A stretch of 64,000 nt of DNA. Source: Myxococcota bacterium (lineage in GTDB: Bacteria > Myxococcota > JACRCW01). A program made the position numbers and the translations under genes. Position 1 is the stretch's first letter, and each line of letters opens with the position of its first letter. Location of the stretch: positions 1 through 64,000 of the forward strand of contig JBFMGU010000006.1 of assembly GCA_040752415.1 (NCBI GenBank), given 5' to 3'. Shown piece after piece: positions 28,268-37,625 of this stretch. The notes beneath the pieces were generated by a model. The model was not told the DNA's origin and ran no database searches. It worked only from the letters and a program-made list of their open reading frames with translations.

Positions 28268-29011
28268 GTGCAGGTCTACGACGAGATCGGCTCGGGCTAC
28301 GCGCCCGTCCGGCGTGCCGACCCGCGCATCCGCCAGGCCATCACCGACGGGCTGGGAACCGCTTCCCGGGTGGTGAACGTGGGGGCCGGCCCTGGCTCCT
28401 ACGAGCCGCGGGACCGACGCGTCGTTGCCGTGGAACCCTCGTGGGACATGATCCGCCAGCGTCCCGCGCATGCGTCTCCGTGCATCCGCGCCGCCGCCGA
28501 AGCGCTCCCCTTCCCCGACGACACCTTCGACGCCGCGCTCGCGGTGCTGACCATCCACCACTGGTCCAACCTGCGGCACGGGCTGCGCGAGATGCGTCGC
28601 GTGGCGCCCCGGCGGGTGGTGCTCTTCACGTGGGACCCCGCGTACGCAAACGCCATCTGGATGAACACGCACTACCTGCCGGAGGCCGCGGCGCTGGACG
28701 TGCGTCGTTTTCCGACGATGGAGGCCATCACCCACGCATTGCCCGGCGCACGCGTGGACGTGGTTCCCATTCCGCATGACTGCACCGACGGCTTCTACGG
28801 CGCGTATTGGCGGAGACCGGAGGCGTACCTGCAACCGGAAGTCCGCGCGGGCATCTCGGTGCTGCGGATGCTGCCGAATGACGTCGTGGCGGCGGGACTC
28901 AAGCGGCTTGCGGATGACCTGCGTTCCGGGGCGTGGCACGCGCGCCTGGGGGCGCTCCTGCAGCGGGAGACGTTGGATCTGGGTTATCGCCTGGTCGTCG
29001 TCGGGCAGTGA
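28268..29011 (+). CDS. Class I SAM-dependent methyltransferase
   Basis: VVNVGAGPGSY, VAVEPS, AEALPFPDDTFDAALAVLTIHHW. Confidence 0.92.
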   Translation: MQVYDEIGSGYAPVRRADPRIRQAITDGLGTASRVVNVGAGPGSYEPRDRRVVAVEPSWDMIRQRPAHASPCIRAAAEALPFPDDTFDAALAVLTIHHWSNLRHGLREMRRVAPRRVVLFTWDPAYANAIWMNTHYLPEAAALDVRRFPTMEAITHALPGARVDVVPIPHDCTDGFYGAYWRRPEAYLQPEVRAGISVLRMLPNDVVAAGLKRLADDLRSGAWHARLGALLQRETLDLGYRLVVVGQ

Positions 29012-29122
29012 CGCATGCCGAGCGGGAACCGGGCACGCCGGCAAGTGTCCAAGGCGCGTGGTGGTGTGTCCCAGCCAGCGGGACTACGAAGTTACTTCAC
29101 GTTTGCGCGCGGGAGGCGGTGG

Positions 29123-30226
29123 ATGCGGAATGGGTTGCGGTGGCAGGTCGCCGCCATGCTGGTGGTCGCGACGTCGTGTGGCTCAAGCAAGGACGCCCGG
29201 AGGGGAGGCTCCGACGAGAAATGGGTGGAGGTGAGCGAGATCATCCGCATGCTGGAGCAGTCGCCCGTCGCCTACCAGATCGCCGACCTCGACAAGGTTC
29301 CGGACATCGACCCCAAGCGCCTCGCGGAAGCGCAGTGGCCGCAGCTCATCGAGCCGGTGTCATTCCCGAAGCTCGACGCCAACGGACAGGTGGTCCCCTA
29401 TGAGATGGAGCGCGGCTGCCTGGACCTCTTGAGCGCGGCGGAGCCGCTGTTCGAGAAGAAGGACTACGCGGAGGCACGCAAGCACTACGAAGCGGCACGC
29501 GCGCAGTATCCCGGTTGCTACATGGCCACCGTCTACCTCGGCGACGCGACCCTCTTCGGCGGCGACCCGGTTGCGGCGGAGAAGCTCTACCTCGAGGTCA
29601 TCGAGAAGAACCCGGTGGACTACCGGGGTCATTTCTTCCGCGCCTCGGCGCTGCTCGCGCAGGAGCGCGTCGACGAGGCCATCGAATCGTACTCCTGGGC
29701 CCTGACGCTGCGCCCACGTCACGAGTCCATCCTGACGGCGCTCCACAACAACGCCCGGCACATCGGCGCCACCGTCCACGACCAGCCCTTCGCGCTGCGC
29801 GCGCTGGCACGGAAGGAGAAGGATGGCTTTGGCATCTTCTTCGACGCGGACAAGCCCTATTGGCTCTCCTACGCCGCAGTGAAGGCCGCGTGGATGGGCG
29901 AGCCGGAGGTGCGACGGCGGATGGGCGCGAATCCGGAGCGCTACGTGGGGTGGTCATCCGACGAGGAACGGCACGCGCTGCTCTCCCTGCTGGCCACCTA
30001 CCTCTACATGCGCTCCGAGGGGAAAGTTGAGCGCGACGACGAGCTGGAGCGCCTGCACAACATCGGCCGCGCCAAGTTGCTGACCGGCTTCATCCTCTAC
30101 GAGGTGGCCTCCCGCATGCACCCGCATCTCATCCTGACGCTGCCCAAGGCGGTGCAACAGCAGGTGCAGGACTACGTGAAGCGGTTCATCATGGGAGTCG
30201 GGCCACGCGAGATCATTCCCTCCTGA
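29123..30226 (+). CDS. TPR-repeat lipoprotein
   Basis: GGGAGG RBS; VVATSC lipobox; TPR-like helices (YAEARKHYEAA, YLGDA..AEKLYLEVIEKNP, EAIESYSWALTLRP). Confidence 0.8.
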   Translation: MRNGLRWQVAAMLVVATSCGSSKDARRGGSDEKWVEVSEIIRMLEQSPVAYQIADLDKVPDIDPKRLAEAQWPQLIEPVSFPKLDANGQVVPYEMERGCLDLLSAAEPLFEKKDYAEARKHYEAARAQYPGCYMATVYLGDATLFGGDPVAAEKLYLEVIEKNPVDYRGHFFRASALLAQERVDEAIESYSWALTLRPRHESILTALHNNARHIGATVHDQPFALRALARKEKDGFGIFFDADKPYWLSYAAVKAAWMGEPEVRRRMGANPERYVGWSSDEERHALLSLLATYLYMRSEGKVERDDELERLHNIGRAKLLTGFILYEVASRMHPHLILTLPKAVQQQVQDYVKRFIMGVGPREIIPS

Positions 30227-30317
30227 CGTCGGACTGTGTCGGTTTGTCCGTGTCAGCGAAGGCCGGCGAACAGGGGCTGCGTCAAGAGAAATTGCCCATC
30301 TGGTCCTGACCGCCTCC

Positions 30318-30506
30318 AGCGGACCACGACCTGGAGTGCGGCGGGCCCTCGCCGCCCTGGTCAGCGGTGAGCGGTTTGGACAACCGTCAAGGATCCAAGC
30401 GCCTCGCCCGACGTCATTCAGCCCCAGGGCTGTTAGGCCCGTTGTGAACGCGCTCGGCGCCGACCAGGGCGGCGCGGGCCCGCCGCACTCCAGGTCGTGG
30501 TCCGCT
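30318..30506. repeat. Intergenic inverted repeat, 49-bp arms (30318-30366 / 30458-30506), REPIN-like
   Basis: agcggaccacgacctggagtgcggcgggccctcgccgccctggtc pairs with gaccagggcggcgcgggcccgccgcactccaggtcgtggtccgct. Confidence 0.9.
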
Positions 30507-30720
30507 CACGACGTCTGCAACCCCACCGGGCCATTGCTCCAACACGGACGACGTCAACGCGCACCTCCCCCGGCTCATTCCGCCGCGCGCAGGCGGCCGT
30601 CATGCGCCACGCGGAGCCAGATGCTCACACGTTTCCCGGCGTGAACGCGTGGTCACACCGTCGGGAAAACTTGTGCGGCGCGTCCCCGTCGATGTCTCCT
30701 GCGTGGGCAAGGAGTGATCC

Positions 30721-31233
30721 ATGTGGCTGGCCGTGGGCATGATCGGGATGGTGCTGGGCGCGCAGGTGGAGACGCCGCGTGACGACGCGCGGGCGCTGGT
30801 GTGGACCTTTGAGGTGCAGGACGGCGTGGACAGCGCGCTGGCGCCGTTGCTCACCGACGCGCTGGTGGTGGCGCTCCGTCGCAGCGGTGAGTTCTCCATG
30901 GTGCACAGCAGCGCGGACGTGCAGGACATCCTGCAGCGCACGCCGGCGGAGCGCCTGGGTCAATGCACCGCGTGCCTGGCCTCCGTGCAGCGACTGCTGG
31001 CGGTTTCCCACGTCGTGGTGGGGCGGATCACGCGGGTGGGCGGACAGCTGGCGGTGAGCGTGAAGCTGGTGGACACCGAGGGAGCGCGCGTGATGGCCAG
31101 CGTGCTGCAGTTGGTCCCGGACCCCAATGAAGCGGCGCTGCTGCGACTCATGGACGTGTTGGCTTCACGCCTGCTCATGACGCTGGCGCAGCAGGACCTG
31201 CAGGACGCCGTGGCGGAAGCAACCGCGCCGTGA
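30721..31233 (+). CDS. Small secreted DUF2380/CsgG-like domain protein
   Basis: AAGGAG RBS; signal peptide; QCTACLA...HVVVGRITRVGG.L.VSVKLVD. Confidence 0.75.
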   Translation: MWLAVGMIGMVLGAQVETPRDDARALVWTFEVQDGVDSALAPLLTDALVVALRRSGEFSMVHSSADVQDILQRTPAERLGQCTACLASVQRLLAVSHVVVGRITRVGGQLAVSVKLVDTEGARVMASVLQLVPDPNEAALLRLMDVLASRLLMTLAQQDLQDAVAEATAP

Positions 31234-31237
31234 GGCG

Positions 31238-31762
31238 TCAGTCCCGTCGGGAACGGATCTCGTCCAGCACTGCGCTGAGCTGAGCCGCTCCGAGCAGTCG
31301 CTCCGCCGATGGGAAGATCACGTTCTCCTCCAGGACCAGATGCGCCTCCAGGTGTTGCGCCAGCGCGGCCGCGCCCTCCGCCAGCTCCGCGGCGAGCACA
31401 TCCCATTCCCGCGGGTCATGGGCGAGGCGCTGCCAGCGCGGAAGCAAGGCGGCCAGCATGGCATCCTGCTCCGCGTGCTCCCGGCGCATGCGCTCCAGCG
31501 CGGCGGTGACGTCGTCTGGCGCGCCGGCGGCGAGGATGCGCGGGAGGAGCGACTCGTCCTCGTCGCGCGCGTGGGCGGGCAGGGAGCGGGAGAAGTAGCG
31601 GACCAGCTGTTGCGCCGCTTCCACGCGCTGTTCCGTTGGCGCATCCCGCGTGGTGGCGAGCCGCTGCGCCAGCGCGGTGTGGTGACGGATGCGGACGTGG
31701 CACGCGAGCAGGCTGGCCACGGGCCCCTCGTTTCCTCGCGGTGCGCCAATGCGGACGAGCAT
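31238..31762 (-). CDS. Hemerythrin/HHE cation-binding domain protein
   Basis: LLACHVRI, YF...LPAHARDEDESLLP, REHAEQD, HLVLEENVIFP. Confidence 0.88.
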   Translation of the reverse strand: MLVRIGAPRGNEGPVASLLACHVRIRHHTALAQRLATTRDAPTEQRVEAAQQLVRYFSRSLPAHARDEDESLLPRILAAGAPDDVTAALERMRREHAEQDAMLAALLPRWQRLAHDPREWDVLAAELAEGAAALAQHLEAHLVLEENVIFPSAERLLGAAQLSAVLDEIRSRRD

Positions 31763-31845
31763 GTGGGGATGAAGCGGTGCGGCGCCGGCCCTGTCAAGCG
31801 TGACCGCCCCTTGAGCACTCCCCCCTCCACCACGAGAATGTGCAC

Positions 31846-32712
31846 GTGCCGTCACGCCTCGCCATCCTGCTGACGCTCCTGCTCGCGGCTTCCCCCGCCG
31901 CCGGATCGACGACGTCAGCGCGCAGCATCGGCGTGCTGGCCCTGCAGGTGCATCCCGGCATTGCCAGCGCGGAGGTGCAGGCCGCCAGCGCCGCACTGGT
32001 GACGACACTGCAGGGAAGCACCGCCATCTCCCGCGTGCTCTCCCCGTCGGAGATCGAGGTGGTGGTCCGTCCGGAGGTCCAGGTCGACCTGCAGCAGTGC
32101 ACCGACCCCGCGTGCATCCTTGCCGTGGCGGGCGGGCTGGGCGGTGACTTCGCGTTGCTGGGGCTGGACCTGCTGATGATGGGGGACATGAAACGCGCGC
32201 TCAATGACGTCGTCGTCGAGGTGCGCGTGGTGGACCTGCGCACCGGTCAGACCGTGGGGGGAGGACATGGGCAGTCGGAGTCCGCGGCGTCGGCGGCCAC
32301 CCTGAGCGCCAACATGGTGCTGGGTGCGCTGGGCGACGCGCGCGAGGTGTCCGCGGCCCCCACCCCCGCGCCCACGACGAGCAACACCGCGCCACCGCCT
32401 GCCTCTTCGTCGGAGACCGGGGTTTCCCCGCTAACGGTTGCGGGAGGCTCGCTGCTGGCGGTGGGGGTGTTGGCGCTGGTGGCGAGCCTTCCCGCGGCGG
32501 CCGGAGCCATCTCCGCGGTGGTGGCACTCTCCCGCGGCGCGGTGGTGGGCGCCCTTCCCACGCCAATGCTGACGCGCACCTCGCGCTACGTGGCGCTGCG
32601 CGTTCCTCCCGTGATGCTGGCAATCACCGGCGGCGTGCTCGCGCTGCTCGGTGTCGTCGGAGTCTCGCTGGGCATGGCGCTCCTGGGCGGCGCGTTGGCC
32701 ACCGACGGGTAG
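31846..32712 (+). CDS. Secreted DUF2380/CsgG-like domain protein with C-terminal TM helices
   Basis: Signal peptide; QCTDPACILAVAGGLGGDFALLG; same architecture as 3428-4318. Confidence 0.75.
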   Translation: MPSRLAILLTLLLAASPAAGSTTSARSIGVLALQVHPGIASAEVQAASAALVTTLQGSTAISRVLSPSEIEVVVRPEVQVDLQQCTDPACILAVAGGLGGDFALLGLDLLMMGDMKRALNDVVVEVRVVDLRTGQTVGGGHGQSESAASAATLSANMVLGALGDAREVSAAPTPAPTTSNTAPPPASSSETGVSPLTVAGGSLLAVGVLALVASLPAAAGAISAVVALSRGAVVGALPTPMLTRTSRYVALRVPPVMLAITGGVLALLGVVGVSLGMALLGGALATDG

Positions 32713-32734
32713 GACGAGCAAGCGGGATCCAGGG

Positions 32735-32763
32735 TTGACCCCTTACTGATTAGTAAGTAAGGT
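32735..32763 (+). promoter_or_regulatory. Sigma-70-type promoter (TTGACC-N17-TAAGGT) overlapped by a palindromic TetR operator
   Basis: Operator CTTACTGATTAGTAAGTAAG at 32742-32761; ATG lies 7 nt after the -10 box, suggesting a leaderless mRNA. Confidence 0.7.
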
Positions 32764-32770
32764 GCTGGCC

Positions 32771-33337
32771 ATGTCCGCCAAGCCCGACACGCGCGAGGAG
32801 ATCCTGAAGACCGCCAGCAACATGCTGCAGCTGCGCGGCTTCAACGGCTTCAGCTACGGGCACATTGCCGAGGTGCTGGGCGTGAAGGCGGCCGCGGTCC
32901 ACTACCACTTCCCCTCCAAGACGGACCTGGGGCTGGCGCTGATTGCCCGCTACCGCGAGCGCTACGGCCGGTGGATGAAGGACGCGCAGGGGCTCTCCGC
33001 GCGGGAGCGCCTGGAGGGCTACATCACCATCTACTCACGCTTCCTGCAGGAGGGCGCCAAGGCGTGCCCGGCGGGCGTGCTGCAGGCGGAATACCAGGCC
33101 ATCCCCGAGGAGATGCAGCGCGAGACCCGGCGCATGGTGCAGGAGATCCACCGCTGGCTCACCGACGTCCTGGAGGATGGACGCCGCAAGAGCGAGTTCG
33201 CGTTCAACGGGGACGGTTCCGACAAGGCCACGGTGGTGATGGCCACGTTGCAGGGGGCGCTGCAGGGGGCGCGCGCGCTGGGCAAGGAGTGCTTCCAGGC
33301 CGCGGTGCGACAGCTCAAGAAGGACCTGGGGGTGTGA
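32771..33337 (+). CDS. TetR/AcrR-family transcriptional regulator
   Basis: TREEIL..A...LQLRGFNGFSYGHIAEVLGVKAAAVHYHFPSKTDL HTH; ACPAG C-domain motif (NemR/YxaF-like). Confidence 0.95.
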   Translation: MSAKPDTREEILKTASNMLQLRGFNGFSYGHIAEVLGVKAAAVHYHFPSKTDLGLALIARYRERYGRWMKDAQGLSARERLEGYITIYSRFLQEGAKACPAGVLQAEYQAIPEEMQRETRRMVQEIHRWLTDVLEDGRRKSEFAFNGDGSDKATVVMATLQGALQGARALGKECFQAAVRQLKKDLGV

Positions 33338-33360
33338 CTCCCTTTTTTTTGGCCCGCGTC

Positions 33361-33380
33361 CTTACTTATCAGAAAGTAAG
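33361..33380. promoter_or_regulatory. Second TetR operator, upstream of the alpha/beta hydrolase
   Basis: CTTACTTATCAGAAAGTAAG: 7-bp perfect inverted repeat, 17/20 identical to the site at 32742-32761. Confidence 0.75.
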
Positions 33381-33399
33381 GATGCCCGAGGAGGACGCC

Positions 33400-34329
33400 A
33401 TGTTGGAGACGCAACGGGGGGCGACGACGGGCAAGCGCAGCACACCGGTGGTGAACCCGCTGGCCATGCGCGTGGCGCAGGCGGCGTTTGGCGGTCTGGG
33501 GGAGCTGGCCCCCGACGTCATGTCGCGGCTGGCCTACAAGCTCTACTTCACGCCCCGCCGCTTCCGACGTCCGGAGACGGAGGCCGCCTACCTCCGCAAG
33601 GCCGAGCGTTTCTCGGTTTCCACGTCGGTGGGCGAGGTGGCGGCGTACGCGTGGACACCGCAAGGCGCGTATCCCTGGGACTCCCGCGCCACGGTGCGCA
33701 ACGTGCTGCTGGTGCACGGCTGGGAAGGTCGCGGCACGCAGTTGGGCGCGTTCATCGAGCCGCTGCGCGCGCGCGGGTGTCGCGTGGTGGCCTTTGATGC
33801 GCCGGCGCACGGCCACTCCGAGGGGGAGCGCTCCAACGTGCTGCAGTTCGTGGAGGCGATCCACGCCGTCACGCGCATGGTGGGCCCGCTCAGCGGCGTG
33901 GTGGCGCACTCCATGGGCGGGGCAAGCCTCACGCTGGCCATGGCGGAGGGACTGCCGGTGGACCGCGCGGTGCTGGTGGCCTCGCCCTGCTACCTGGACA
34001 ACGTGATGCGCAACTTCGTGCGGATGCTGCATCTCACGCCGGAGACGGAGCGGCGGCTGCGGCGCATGGTGGAAGCGGACTTTGGCGCGGATGTCTGGCA
34101 ACGCCTCTCCGTCCCCAGCCTGGCGCACGCGCTGCAGACCCCCGCCCTCATCATCCACGACGAGGACGACGGCGAGGTTGCCTTCAGCGAGGGGCTGGCG
34201 GTGCACCAGAGCTGGTCGGGCAGCCGCCTGCATGTCACGCGTGGGCTGGGCCACCGTCGCGTGCTCAAGGACGGCCTGGTCATTGACGAGGTGGTGGGAT
34301 TCCTCATGGGAGAGCGGGACGGGGCGTGA
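33400..34329 (+). CDS. Alpha/beta hydrolase
   Basis: GAGGAGG RBS; LLVHGWEG, AFDAPAHGHS, VAHSMGG, IHDEDD, GLGHRRVL. Confidence 0.92.
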   Translation: MLETQRGATTGKRSTPVVNPLAMRVAQAAFGGLGELAPDVMSRLAYKLYFTPRRFRRPETEAAYLRKAERFSVSTSVGEVAAYAWTPQGAYPWDSRATVRNVLLVHGWEGRGTQLGAFIEPLRARGCRVVAFDAPAHGHSEGERSNVLQFVEAIHAVTRMVGPLSGVVAHSMGGASLTLAMAEGLPVDRAVLVASPCYLDNVMRNFVRMLHLTPETERRLRRMVEADFGADVWQRLSVPSLAHALQTPALIIHDEDDGEVAFSEGLAVHQSWSGSRLHVTRGLGHRRVLKDGLVIDEVVGFLMGERDGA

Positions 34330-34933
34330 CCTGCGCGGGCGTCACCAGGATGTTCCCGCTCCGGTAGCGCCGCGCGTGGTGCGGGACGCCGCCGGGCACG
34401 TCGACGAAACAGATGGGCTGGGAGCGGTTCTGCCGGTCCACCACCTCGAAGTGCAGGTGCGGCTCCCACGACCAGCCCGTGTTGCCCGAGAGCGCGAGCA
34501 CCTCCCCCTGCTTCACCGCGCGGCCCACGCGCACGCGCGCGCTGTGCGGAGCCAGGTGCTGGTACACCGAGAAGCGTCCGGTCCCGTGGCGCACCACCAC
34601 GACGTTGGCGCGCTCCGCCAGCCGACGGTCCGGACCGCCCTGCGTGTGATGATCCGTCACGCGCACCACCACCCCGTCGGCGGCGGCGGTGACCGGGCTG
34701 CCCGGCGGCATGCGGAAATCCCAGGCGTACAGGTCATCATCCAGGTGGCTGAACGCGCCGCGGTTGGCCTGCATCACCTGGTGCTCCACGCCGGCCGGGA
34801 AGGGGAGTCGCCAGGGCACGTCGTCATGCGCGCAGTGACCCTGGCGCCACGGCGCATCCATCCGTGCCGCGGGATGGGAGCGGCATCCCAGCAGCGTCAC
34901 CATGAGCAGCACCACCCGCGGACCCACGCGCAT
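34304..34933 (-). CDS. M23-family metallopeptidase lipoprotein
   Basis: TLLGC lipobox; SH-x5-YAWDF, PGSPVTAAADGVV, YQHL, GNTGWSWEPHLHFEV. Confidence 0.9.
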   Translation of the reverse strand: MRVGPRVVLLMVTLLGCRSHPAARMDAPWRQGHCAHDDVPWRLPFPAGVEHQVMQANRGAFSHLDDDLYAWDFRMPPGSPVTAAADGVVVRVTDHHTQGGPDRRLAERANVVVVRHGTGRFSVYQHLAPHSARVRVGRAVKQGEVLALSGNTGWSWEPHLHFEVVDRQNRSQPICFVDVPGGVPHHARRYRSGNILVTPAQVTPRPALP

Positions 34934-35058
34934 GGCCCTGCTGTAGCGGGCCGCCCCGTTCCCGACGACAGCGACGTTCGTGCCCACCGTTGTCGACGGG
35001 GAACGGGCCACTTGCTCCGCCCGCCTCCGGGGTTATCCCCTCGGTGGCGAGGTGGGTC

Positions 35059-35247
35059 ATGACGCAGCGCAAGAAGCAGGCGCAGCCCAAGCACCGCGAG
35101 CCGGGCCGCACGCCGGACACGGCGGGGGCGGTGCCCGCGCGCGAGGGACAGATCGTCTTCCAGGAGCCGGGCCGCACCCCGGGCAGCGCGGAGGGTGACC
35201 GCGACACGGTGGAGGAAGACCTCCGCAGCAAGGGCCTGGACCACTGA
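35059..35247 (+). CDS. Small hydrophilic protein (62 aa) with a duplicated EPGRTP motif
   Basis: GAGG RBS; MTQRKKQAQPKHREPGRTP...QEPGRTPGSAEGDRDTVEEDL. Confidence 0.65.
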   Translation: MTQRKKQAQPKHREPGRTPDTAGAVPAREGQIVFQEPGRTPGSAEGDRDTVEEDLRSKGLDH

Positions 35248-35383
35248 AGTCCGTCGTCACGCCCCACGGAATGGTGGATCCGCGCACGCCCACGCAACCG
35301 GCTGGCCGTCATGAACCCCGACGTTAGACTGCTTCACAACGGCGAGGGGTCGTTATCACGCGTGACCGGTGACGCGCTCCTTC

Positions 35384-35581
35384 ATGGGACTCGTGCGGAC
35401 CGCCGTGATGCGCAAGGAGCTGATCATGTTGGAGATGGCTCGCGGGCAGGATGAGCAGCGGAGACCACCGGCGGGTGCGCTTTCTTCCGAGGAGGATGAC
35501 CTGGAGGAGCGCCTGGAGAGGTTGGAGCTGCTCCTGGCCTTCAAGGAAGAGTACGGCGGCGACGGCGACGACCAGTGCTGA
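35384..35581 (+). CDS. Small acidic hypothetical protein
   Basis: Helical LEERLERLELLLAFKEEY; followed by a strong terminator; start uncertain. Confidence 0.45.
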   Translation: MGLVRTAVMRKELIMLEMARGQDEQRRPPAGALSSEEDDLEERLERLELLLAFKEEYGGDGDDQC

Positions 35582-35608
35582 GCTTGGAGCGATGATGTCG
35601 CCCTGCTC

Positions 35609-35648
35609 GGGTCGCGTTCTCCTTCGGGGGAGCGCGACCCTTTTCTTT
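35609..35648 (+). terminator. Intrinsic terminator
   Basis: 14-bp stem gggtcgcgttctcc / ggggagcgcgaccc (with G-U pairs), cUUCGg tetraloop, followed by TTTTCTTT. Confidence 0.85.
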
Positions 35649-35704
35649 ACCCACCGTGACGGTGGTGCTGCGGCGCGCGGGACGTTCCGCTATGGTGCGC
35701 GGCC

Positions 35705-36448
35705 ATGAAAAAGCTCGTCCTCATCCGTCACGGTCAGAGTCTGTGGAACAAGGAAAACCGCTTCACCGGCTGGGTGGATGTCCCGCTCAGCGACGTGGGC
35801 ATGGAAGAGGCCCGCGCCGCGGCCAAGCTGCTGAAGGAGGGCGGCTACCAGTTCGACGTGGCCTACACCTCGGTCCTCAAGCGCGCCATCAAGACGCTCT
35901 GGGTGGTGCTGGAGGAGACCGACCACATGTGGATCCCCGTCCACCGCTCCTGGCGTCTCAACGAGCGCATGTACGGCGCGCTCCAGGGCCTCAACAAGAC
36001 CGAGACCGCCAAGAAGTACGGCGAGGAGCAGGTGCACATCTGGCGACGCAGCTTCGACACGCCGCCGCCGCCGCTCACCCAGGATGACGAGCGCTGGCCG
36101 GGCCGGGACCGTCGCTACGCTTCGCTCAAGCCCGAGGAGCTCCCGCTCACCGAGAGCCTGAAGAGCACCATTGCGCGCTTCCTGCCGTACTGGGAGACGG
36201 AGATTGCCCCGGCCATCCGGCGCAACCAGCGCGTGCTCATTGCGGCGCACGGCAACTCCCTGCGCGCGCTCATCAAGCACCTGGACAAGGTGGGTGACCA
36301 GGAGATCGTCGAGCTGAACGTGCCCACCGGCATCCCGCTGGTCTACGAGCTCAACGACGACCTCACCCCCATCCGCCACTACTACCTGGGCGACCCCGAG
36401 GCCGCGGCGCGGGCGGCGGAGGCGGTGGCCAAGCAGGGCAAGGCCTAG
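35705..36448 (+). CDS. gpmA: 2,3-bisphosphoglycerate-dependent phosphoglycerate mutase
   Basis: [61 protein letters not shown]. Confidence 0.97.
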   Translation: MKKLVLIRHGQSLWNKENRFTGWVDVPLSDVGMEEARAAAKLLKEGGYQFDVAYTSVLKRAIKTLWVVLEETDHMWIPVHRSWRLNERMYGALQGLNKTETAKKYGEEQVHIWRRSFDTPPPPLTQDDERWPGRDRRYASLKPEELPLTESLKSTIARFLPYWETEIAPAIRRNQRVLIAAHGNSLRALIKHLDKVGDQEIVELNVPTGIPLVYELNDDLTPIRHYYLGDPEAAARAAEAVAKQGKA

Positions 36449-36550
36449 GACATCCGCAGCGTCGGGAAGATCGCGTGACGTGCGCGGGTGACGACGCACG
36501 GTCATGCCACATGCTCCGCCTTCCGCTACCTCGGCAGACGGAGGCCCGAC

Positions 36551-37231
36551 GTGAACCACACCCTGTCGGCGCACGCCCCGGCCAGCCCCGGGGAGGAGCA
36601 CACGCTCTCGCTGTGGACGGAGCGGGGTGAGGTGGTGGTGCGTTTCCACCCGTCACGCGGCGCGCGCGCGGCGGTGCTGATGGTGGGCGGCGTGGGCGGG
36701 GATTGGGACACGCCGGCGCATGACCTCTACCCACGCCTCTGCCAGGAGCTCCCCGCGGAGGGCATGGCCGCGCTGCGCGTGCGCTTCCGTCACGCCACGG
36801 ACCTGCGGGAGGCGGTGTACGACGTGCTGGCCGCGCTGCGTTTCCTCGACGAGCAGGGCATCGAGCGCGTGGTGCTGCTGGGCCACTCCTTTGGCGGCGC
36901 GGTGATCATCCAGGCGGCGGAGTCCAGCCCGGAGGTCACCGCGGTGATCACCCTGGCCACGCAGAGCTACGGCACCAACGCGGTGAGCGAGCTGGGCCCG
37001 GAGTGCGCCGCGCTGCTCATCCACGGACTGGAAGACCACGTGCTGCCGTTCTGGAGCAGTGAGCACGTCTACGAGATGGCGCGTGAGCCGCGGAAGCTGG
37101 TGTTCTTCCCCGGCAACGGACACACGCTGCAGGAGAGCGCGGACGCGGTGCATCACCTGGTGCACCAGTGGGTGATCCACTACGGGCGACCGCGCGACGA
37201 ACAGGAGCTCGCGCCACCGCCGCCGCCGTGA
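36551..37231 (+). CDS. Alpha/beta hydrolase (dienelactone-hydrolase-like)
   Basis: GGAGG RBS before GTG; LLGHSFGG, LIHGLEDHVLP, GNGH. Confidence 0.85.
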   Translation: MNHTLSAHAPASPGEEHTLSLWTERGEVVVRFHPSRGARAAVLMVGGVGGDWDTPAHDLYPRLCQELPAEGMAALRVRFRHATDLREAVYDVLAALRFLDEQGIERVVLLGHSFGGAVIIQAAESSPEVTAVITLATQSYGTNAVSELGPECAALLIHGLEDHVLPFWSSEHVYEMAREPRKLVFFPGNGHTLQESADAVHHLVHQWVIHYGRPRDEQELAPPPPP

Positions 37232-37247
37232 CGTCGGAGATGGACCG

Positions 37248-37577
37248 TCACTCCAGCACCGCGTCGGAGGGCAGCAGCAGGTACGGCTCCGCCAGAGGTG
37301 CATCCCCGGGCGCACGCCGCAAGCGCAGTCCCCAGGAGCCGCCACGCACCAGCACGCAGCTCCCCGCCCCGGAATCCTCGACGGTGGCGGCGCGCGCAAC
37401 ACACGGCGCGTCATCCTCATCCACACCCTCGACGAGCCAGAGCCGCGCCTCCTCCCGCCCCGGTGTCCAGTGCACCCGCGTGACCGTGCGATCCTCCGAG
37501 ATGGCGGCGTAACGCATGCAGCAGTCCTCCGGAATCGCGTCGTGCGCTTCCACCATGACTTCAACGTAACGGGGCAT
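37248..37577 (-). CDS. Hypothetical protein
   Basis: GAGGAG RBS; compact ORF with coding-like codon usage; VEDSGAG...GGSWGLRL. Confidence 0.65.
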   Translation of the reverse strand: MPRYVEVMVEAHDAIPEDCCMRYAAISEDRTVTRVHWTPGREEARLWLVEGVDEDDAPCVARAATVEDSGAGSCVLVRGGSWGLRLRRAPGDAPLAEPYLLLPSDAVLE

Positions 37578-37625
37578 GGACCACGCAGCTCCTCTCACCG
37601 CCGGCGGACGGTGCCGCCATCCTAG

